Positions 58,571-64,000 of a stretch of DNA of 64,000 bases are shown here, one piece after another; positions within the stretch are counted from its first letter, which is position 1, and every line of letters begins with the position of its first letter. The position numbers were made by a program, and so were the translations under genes. Source of the stretch: Actinomycetota bacterium (GTDB lineage Bacteria > Actinomycetota > Actinomycetes > Actinomycetales > Microbacteriaceae); contig JAFDWK010000020.1 of assembly GCA_018268515.1 (NCBI GenBank), forward strand, positions 16,458 through 80,457, read 5' to 3'. The notes below the pieces were generated by a model, which was given only the letters and a program-made list of their open reading frames with translations, did no database searches and was not told the DNA's origin.

Positions 58571-58960
58571 TCAGACCGAGAACACGTCGTCGAGCCAGTC
58601 CAGCGCGCGACGGTTGAGCAGCGACCGGTTCTTCATCTCGCAGTGCATCCCTGCGCCCTCGGCCGCCGTGAAGTCGACCGGGGCCCTCGAAGATGAGGCA
58701 GTGGTAGCCGCGACGACTCGCAGCCACGCCCGAGGCGAAGTGGAGATCGGCCGCGGTCGCGTCGTATCCGTTCACGAGGACGATCAGCGGCCGGCTCTCG
58801 GTCTCCCGCCACTCGGCCGGCACAGGTAGGCCCGCATCGCGGCGCCTTCGAACGGGATGTCGAACGCCAGCGCCCCCGCGGGCCGCAGCACGAGGCCCGC
58901 CTCGAAGGCGGCGCGCTCACGCCGACGGCGAGCGGTCGCGACACCCGCACTGATAGCATC
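58571..58960 (-). pseudogene. alpha/beta-hydrolase remnant (frameshifted, with a large internal deletion)
   Basis: Three family-like pieces lie in three different frames: [56 protein letters not shown] and PVDFTAAEGAGMHCEMKNRSLLNRRALDWLDDVFSV*. The catalytic middle of the protein is absent. Confidence 0.55.
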
Positions 58961-58991
58961 GAACAGGATGCCTCTGTGCGCATCCGTCCAT

Positions 58992-59018
58992 GCTCGCGCT
59001 CCACACGGGAGAGCGAGC
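58992..59018 (+). promoter_or_regulatory. stem-loop in the pnp 5' leader
   Basis: GCTCGCGCTCC-ACACG-GGAGAGCGAGC forms an 11-bp stem with one mismatch. It ends 24 nt before the pnp start codon and just before the GAAGGAGAG ribosome-binding site. Confidence 0.45.
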
Positions 59019-59041
59019 CTAAACAAAGAAGGAGAGACCTC

Positions 59042-61318
59042 TTGGAAGGTCCTGAAATCACCGCCACCGAGGCCGTTCTCGACAACGGCCGCTTCGGCAC
59101 CCGCACCGTCCGCTTCGAGACGGGTCGCCTCGCGCAGCAGGCGCAGGGCGCGGTCGCCGCCTACCTCGACGAGGAGACGATGCTGCTCTCGGCGACGAGC
59201 GCCAGCAAGTCGCCGCGCGAGGGCTTCGACTTCTTCCCGCTGACCGTCGACGTGGAGGAGCGCTCCTACGCCGCCGGCAAGATCCCCGGCTCGTTCTTCC
59301 GCCGCGAGGGCCGCCCCTCGACCGAGGCGATCCTCGTCTGCCGTCTCATCGACCGCCCGCTGCGCCCGTCGTTCGTCGACGGCCTCCGCAACGAGGTGCA
59401 GATCGTGATCACCGTCCTGAGCATCGCTCCGGGCGAGTACTACGACGCGCTGGCGATCAACGCGGCCTCCGCCTCGACCCAGATCTCGGGTCTGCCGTTC
59501 TCCGGCCCGATCGCCGGTGTGCGCCTCGCGTTCATCCCCGGTCACGGCGAGCACGCGGACCAGTGGGTCGTGTTCCCGAACGCGGAGCAGGTCGAGCAGG
59601 CCGTCTTCGATCTCGTCGTCGCCGGTCGCGTCGTCACCAAGGGTGACGGCACCGAGGACGTCGCGATCATGATGGTCGAGGCCGAGGCCACCGAGGGCAG
59701 CTGGAACCTGATCAAGGCCGGCGCCACCAAGCCCAGCGAGGACATCGTCGCGCAGGGCCTCGAGGCCGCCAAGCCCTTCATCTCGCAGCTGGTCAAGGCT
59801 CAGGCCGAGCTCGCCGCCCAGGCCTCGAAGGAGCCGGGCGTCTACCCGGTCTTCCTGCCGTACAGCGAGGGCACCTACGACTTCGTGGCAGAGCGCGCGT
59901 ACGCCGAGCTCGTCGACGTCTACCAGATCGCCGACAAGCAGGAGCGCCAGAACGCGGACGACCGCGTCAAGGACCGCGTCAAGGCCGAGCTCGTCGCCGC
60001 CGTCGAGGCGGGCGAGCAGCCCGAGGCCGCGCTCGCCGAGTTCTCCGGCGCCTACAAGTCCGTCACGAAGAAGATCGTGCGCGGCCGGATCCTCACCGAG
60101 GGCGTCCGCATCGACGGTCGAGGACTGGCGGACATCCGCCCGCTCGACGCCGAGGTGCAGGTCATCCCGCGCGTGCACGGCTCCGCGATCTTCCAGCGCG
60201 GCGAGACACAGATCCTGGGCGTCACCACGCTGAACATGCTCAAGATGGAGCAGCAGATCGACTCGCTGTCCCCGACGACGAGCAAGCGCTACATGCACCA
60301 CTACAACTTCCCGCCCTACTCGACCGGTGAGACCGGCCGGGTGGGCTCGCCGAAGCGTCGCGAGATCGGGCACGGCTTCCTCGCCGAGCGCGCGCTCGTG
60401 CCGGTGCTGCCGACCCGCGAGGAGTTCCCGTACGCGATCCGTCAGGTCTCCGAGGCGCTCAGCTCCAACGGATCCACCTCGATGGGCTCCGTCTGCGCCT
60501 CGACCCTGTCGCTGCTGAACGCGGGTGTGCCGCTGCGCGCACCGGTCGCCGGCATCGCGATGGGCCTCGTGTCCGACCAGGTCGACGGTGAGACCCGCTA
60601 CGCGGCGCTCACCGACATCCTCGGCGCCGAGGACGCCCTCGGCGACATGGACTTCAAGGTCGCCGGCACGAGCGAGTTCGTCACCGCGATCCAGCTGGAC
60701 ACGAAGCTCGACGGCATCCCCTCCGAGGTGCTCGCCGGCGCGCTGACCCAGGCCAAGGAAGCGCGTCTGACGATCCTGAACGTGCTGAACGCGGCGATCG
60801 ACAGCCCGGACGAGATGGCGCCGACCGCGCCGCGCGTGATCAGCGTGCAGATCCCGGTCGACAAGATCGGCGAGCTGATCGGCCCCAAGGGCAAGACGAT
60901 CAACGCGATCCAGGACGAGACCGGCGCGCAGATCTCCATCGAGGAGGACGGCACCGTCTACATCGGCGCGACCGACGGCCCCTCGGCCGAGGCCGCCCGC
61001 GCCCAGGTCAACGCGATCGCCAACCCGACCAACCCGGAGGTCGGCGAGCAGTTCCTGGGCACGGTCGTCAAGATCGCGACGTTCGGTGCGTTCGTCTCCC
61101 TGCTCCCGGGCAAGGACGGTCTGCTGCACGTCACCGAGGTGCGCAAGCTCGCCGGTGGCAAGCGCGTGGAGAACGTCGACGACGTGCTCTCCGTCGGCCA
61201 GAAGATCCTCGTGAAGATCACGAAGATCGACGACCGCGGCAAGCTCTCGCTCGAGCCCGTGATCGACGAGGCTCCGGCCGAGGCCGCAGCGCCGGCCGCG
61301 GAGACCGCCGAGGCCTGA
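59042..61318 (+). CDS. pnp: polyribonucleotide nucleotidyltransferase (PNPase)
   Basis: TTG 59042 is preceded by GAAGGAGAG. The sequence is [31 protein letters not shown]..., followed by two RNase PH domains, a KH domain and an S1 domain. Confidence 0.95.
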   Translation: MEGPEITATEAVLDNGRFGTRTVRFETGRLAQQAQGAVAAYLDEETMLLSATSASKSPREGFDFFPLTVDVEERSYAAGKIPGSFFRREGRPSTEAILVCRLIDRPLRPSFVDGLRNEVQIVITVLSIAPGEYYDALAINAASASTQISGLPFSGPIAGVRLAFIPGHGEHADQWVVFPNAEQVEQAVFDLVVAGRVVTKGDGTEDVAIMMVEAEATEGSWNLIKAGATKPSEDIVAQGLEAAKPFISQLVKAQAELAAQASKEPGVYPVFLPYSEGTYDFVAERAYAELVDVYQIADKQERQNADDRVKDRVKAELVAAVEAGEQPEAALAEFSGAYKSVTKKIVRGRILTEGVRIDGRGLADIRPLDAEVQVIPRVHGSAIFQRGETQILGVTTLNMLKMEQQIDSLSPTTSKRYMHHYNFPPYSTGETGRVGSPKRREIGHGFLAERALVPVLPTREEFPYAIRQVSEALSSNGSTSMGSVCASTLSLLNAGVPLRAPVAGIAMGLVSDQVDGETRYAALTDILGAEDALGDMDFKVAGTSEFVTAIQLDTKLDGIPSEVLAGALTQAKEARLTILNVLNAAIDSPDEMAPTAPRVISVQIPVDKIGELIGPKGKTINAIQDETGAQISIEEDGTVYIGATDGPSAEAARAQVNAIANPTNPEVGEQFLGTVVKIATFGAFVSLLPGKDGLLHVTEVRKLAGGKRVENVDDVLSVGQKILVKITKIDDRGKLSLEPVIDEAPAEAAAPAAETAEA

Positions 61319-61333
61319 CCCTTCGCACGAAAG

Positions 61334-61376
61334 GGCCCGTCTTGTCCACCGAAAGGGGGACAAGACGGGCCTTTTT
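61334..61376 (+). terminator. rho-independent terminator of pnp
   Basis: GGCCCGTCTTGTCC-10 nt-GGACAAGACGGGCC forms a 14-bp perfect stem followed by TTTTT. Confidence 0.9.
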
Positions 61377-61520
61377 CCGTTCCTGTGATCGAAACGTTAC
61401 ACGTTGTTCGCCTCCTGGACGACTCAATGAACGGAACTGTCCGCGGCCTCCCTTACTCTCGAAGGGACGCACCGGGGGGTGCGTCCCAGAACACAACGCA
61501 GCAGACACGGGGGTGATCGC

Positions 61521-62573
61521 ATGCGTCTCTTCAGCGTCGGATCCGGAACCGGATCCGCAGTCGGTGGTGGTTCGCCTGCCGTCACGACCGCGTCCGCGGT
61601 GGTCACGCCGCATCCGTCGGCGCCGATCCCGGTGGTCGGCCCCGGCATCGGAACCAGCCTGCGCGTGCCGCTCGCCGAAACCGGCATCCGCACGTTCCCG
61701 CTCATCCTCGGCGGCGCCGAGTTCGGGTGGAACACCGACGCCGACACCGCGGTGCACATCCTCGACCGCTATGCCGACTTCGGCGGCAACGCCGTGCACA
61801 CGGCCGACAGCTTCGCCGCAGGCCGCAGCGAGCACATCATCGGCCGGTGGCTGGCGTCGCGCCGCAACCGCGAGGACATCGTCCTGAGCGTGCGCGTCGG
61901 CGGCCATCCCGACAATCCGGGCATCGGATCGGTGAACCTGGTGCGCGCGGCCGAGGCCTCTCTGACACGCCTCGGCGTGGAGCGCATCGACGTGCTCTAC
62001 CTCGACGGCACGGTTGACGACGGCAGCGCCCTGGAAGACACGCTGGCCACCGCCGAGTGGCTCGTCGAGACCGGCAAGGTGCGGGCGCTCGGCGCCTTCG
62101 GCTTCACGGCGGAGCGTCTCGTGGAGGCGCGGATCCTGGCCTCGGCCGGCTACCCGCGCATCGAGGTGCTGGACGAGCCGTACAACCTGATGCGCCGCTC
62201 AGGCTTCGAGGGAGACCTCCGGCTCGTCGCCGCCGCTCAGGGGCTCGCGGTCACCCCGTCGCACGCCCTCGAGCACGGCTTCCTGTCCGGTCGGCATCGC
62301 TCGAAGCAGTCGCTGCAGGGCGTGCGGGGCATGCAGCTGCGCGGCAACATCAACCGCCGGGGCATCAAGGTGCTGCGGGCGCTCGACATCGCCGCGGGGG
62401 AGCTGCAGGTTCCCGTCGCCGCGGTCGCGATCGGCTGGCTGCTCGCGCAGCGCACGATCGCGGCGCCCATCGTGAACGCCTTCGCCACCGAGCAGGTCGA
62501 CGAGCTCATGCAGGGCGCGGGTGTCGCCCTCGGCCGAGCGCAGCTGGCCGAGCTCACCCGGGCGGCGAGCTGA
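61521..62573 (+). CDS. aldo/keto reductase
   Basis: The sequence is LILGGAEFGW...AVHTADSFAAGRSEHIIGRWL...IDVLYLD. The N-terminal ~45 aa are low-complexity, so the true start may be further downstream. Confidence 0.75.
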   Translation: MRLFSVGSGTGSAVGGGSPAVTTASAVVTPHPSAPIPVVGPGIGTSLRVPLAETGIRTFPLILGGAEFGWNTDADTAVHILDRYADFGGNAVHTADSFAAGRSEHIIGRWLASRRNREDIVLSVRVGGHPDNPGIGSVNLVRAAEASLTRLGVERIDVLYLDGTVDDGSALEDTLATAEWLVETGKVRALGAFGFTAERLVEARILASAGYPRIEVLDEPYNLMRRSGFEGDLRLVAAAQGLAVTPSHALEHGFLSGRHRSKQSLQGVRGMQLRGNINRRGIKVLRALDIAAGELQVPVAAVAIGWLLAQRTIAAPIVNAFATEQVDELMQGAGVALGRAQLAELTRAAS

Positions 62574-62656
62574 CCCGACCCGGGGTCGCCGTGTCCGATC
62601 CGTGACATAGGCTGGAAGCATCCCGGCCGCGGAGCCGGAGACGAGGCGAGCGAGTT

Positions 62657-63259
62657 GTGACGCATTACATCTATCTGGTCCGGCACGGCGAGCATCAGGA
62701 CGCCGAGTACGGCCTCGCCGACGGACCCCTCTCGCCGCGCGGTCGCCGCCAGGCCGAACTGATCGCCGACCGTCTGTCAGGGCTCCCGCTCGACGCGATC
62801 TGGCATTCCCCGCTGCTGCGCGCGGCGGAGACGGCCCGCGCGATCTCGGAGCGGATCCCGTCGGTGGAGGCGGAGCCGTCCGCGTTGCTGTTCGACTGCG
62901 TGCCGACCGGGATGACGGATGAGACCCCCGCCGTCTTCGAACCGTTCTTCGGATCCGTCACGGATGCGGAGATCGAGGCCGGGCGGGCGCAGATGGGCGA
63001 CGCGGTGAACGAGTTCCTGGTGCGCCGGCCAGGAGACGTGCACGAGGTGCTCATCACGCACAACTTCGTGATCAGCTGGTTCGTGCGCGAGGTGCTGGAA
63101 GCGCCGGACTGGCGCTGGATGACCCTGAATCAGGCCAACTGCGGTCTCACCGTGATCTCGCAGAAGCAGGGCCGTCCATGGAGTCTGCTCGCGCACAACG
63201 ACCTGAGTCACCTCCCGATGGAGCTGCGCACGGGTCTGCCGGATCCGCTCCTGGTCTGA
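62657..63259 (+). CDS. histidine phosphatase (phosphoglycerate mutase-like) family protein
   Basis: GTG start. It has the YLVRHGEH catalytic RHG motif and a later SPLLRAAETA block. Confidence 0.8.
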   Translation: MTHYIYLVRHGEHQDAEYGLADGPLSPRGRRQAELIADRLSGLPLDAIWHSPLLRAAETARAISERIPSVEAEPSALLFDCVPTGMTDETPAVFEPFFGSVTDAEIEAGRAQMGDAVNEFLVRRPGDVHEVLITHNFVISWFVREVLEAPDWRWMTLNQANCGLTVISQKQGRPWSLLAHNDLSHLPMELRTGLPDPLLV

Positions 63260-63363
63260 TCAGGTCCGGACCCGTTCCCCGTCCGCGACCGGGCCGTCCA
63301 CGACCGTGAACAGCGGATGCGGCGTCGGGAGGGGGATCGCGCGCCAGCGCTCCGACCACAGCC

Positions 63364-63843
63364 TCATCCTTGGACCGTCAGATCCTTGCGATACCAGCGC
63401 GTCGCGTTCGGATTGGCGTTGTAGCGCGGGATCCCGGTGAAGCCGCTGTTGCGGTACAGGTGCCCGGCCGCCTCGAGGGTGTGGTGGGTGTCGAGCACGA
63501 GGGCCCGGGCGCCCCGTCGGCGCGCGCGGCGCTCCAGCTCGTCCAGCAGCAGCCGGCCCCAGCCCCTGCCTCGGGTCTCGGGGCGAAGGAAGACGTGCTT
63601 GATCTCGAACACGTCCTTCTCACCGCCCGGCATCACGACCCGGCGGATCCCGCCGCAGCCGACGATCGCGCCCTCGTCCTCGAGCAGGAGGAAGACGCCG
63701 TCCGGATCCTGGAACGCCGCAGCCGTCGGATAGGCGGGGGAGTAGCCGCCGCCGGGGAACTCCGCCGCGCGCAGCGCGAAGTAGTCGCCGAGCACGGCGT
63801 GGGCGTCGGCGTCCTCGGGGGACGCGATGCGGAACGTGGGCAT
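63364..63843 (-). CDS. GNAT family N-acetyltransferase
   Basis: It has the acetyl-CoA binding block RGRGWGRLLLDELERRARRRGA. I chose ATG 63843. Confidence 0.8.
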   Translation of the reverse strand: MPTFRIASPEDADAHAVLGDYFALRAAEFPGGGYSPAYPTAAAFQDPDGVFLLLEDEGAIVGCGGIRRVVMPGGEKDVFEIKHVFLRPETRGRGWGRLLLDELERRARRRGARALVLDTHHTLEAAGHLYRNSGFTGIPRYNANPNATRWYRKDLTVQG

Positions 63844-63957
63844 GCTCCGACGGTAACCGATGCCGCGGATCCTGCGGGTCCGACGTCTCGGGAGCCTCCG
63901 CGGCCGGCCGCACCGGCGCGCGCCGCGCCGCGTCGGACCCCTGAATAGACTGAGGGC

Positions 63958-64000
63958 ATGACGACGCACGTGGCCCTGGTGGGCGCCTCCGGCAAGCTCG
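63958..64000 (+). CDS. start of an NAD(P)-binding (Rossmann, NmrA/SDR-like) protein, cut by the window edge
   Basis: MTTHVALVGASGKL... has a GxxGxxG-like N-terminus. Only 14 codons are visible. Confidence 0.3.
   Translation, partial: MTTHVALVGASGKL

Overview
This is a high-GC (about 70% by eye) actinobacterial chromosomal segment, Microbacteriaceae-like by protein content. It is densely coding, with roughly 55 intact genes. I found no rRNA, tRNA, CRISPR array or transposase.

The backbone is the conserved translation and RNA-processing array proS ... nusA-ylxR-infB-rbfA ... truB ... ribF ... rpsO ... pnp. Here that array is broken into pieces by accessory blocks:
- a LuxR regulator and mutY lie between rbfA and truB;
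- about 18 kb lies between ribF and rpsO (SNF2 helicase, pfkA, oligopeptidase B, pit, phosphodiesterase, aspA, FAH-family hydrolase, PrsW, FKBP, YceI, AlkA-like glycosylase, ECF sigma factor with a CMD-family protein, MFS transporter);
- about 16.5 kb lies between rpsO and pnp (2OG oxygenase, efeUOB, a luciferase-like monooxygenase with its FMN reductase, an orphan ribH-like gene, a DcuS/DcuR-type two-component system with dctA, a secreted transglycosylase, and a glycosyltransferase-SGNH fusion).

The 5' end carries a membrane-anchored, cupredoxin-extended copper nitrite reductase (NirK) fusion and a VapBC toxin-antitoxin pair.

The observations most worth a second look are:
1. The palindrome GGATCC, and especially CGGATCCG, is strongly over-represented throughout. 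It occurs in all codon phases and in intergenic hairpins, and it recruits otherwise rare codons.
2. Three patches of gene debris sit exactly at the edges of core genes: 8.8-9.9 kb, 12.0-13.3 kb (where rimP would normally be) and 58.6-59.0 kb.
3. A perfect 10-bp tandem array lies in one of those patches.
4. Several candidate cis-elements are unassigned: an ECF41-like promoter, a palindrome in front of efeU, and a 19-bp triple direct repeat in front of the transglycosylase gene.

Most of the long antisense ORFs in the track are high-GC artefacts. All calls rest on reading the sequence and translations by eye. No searches were run.
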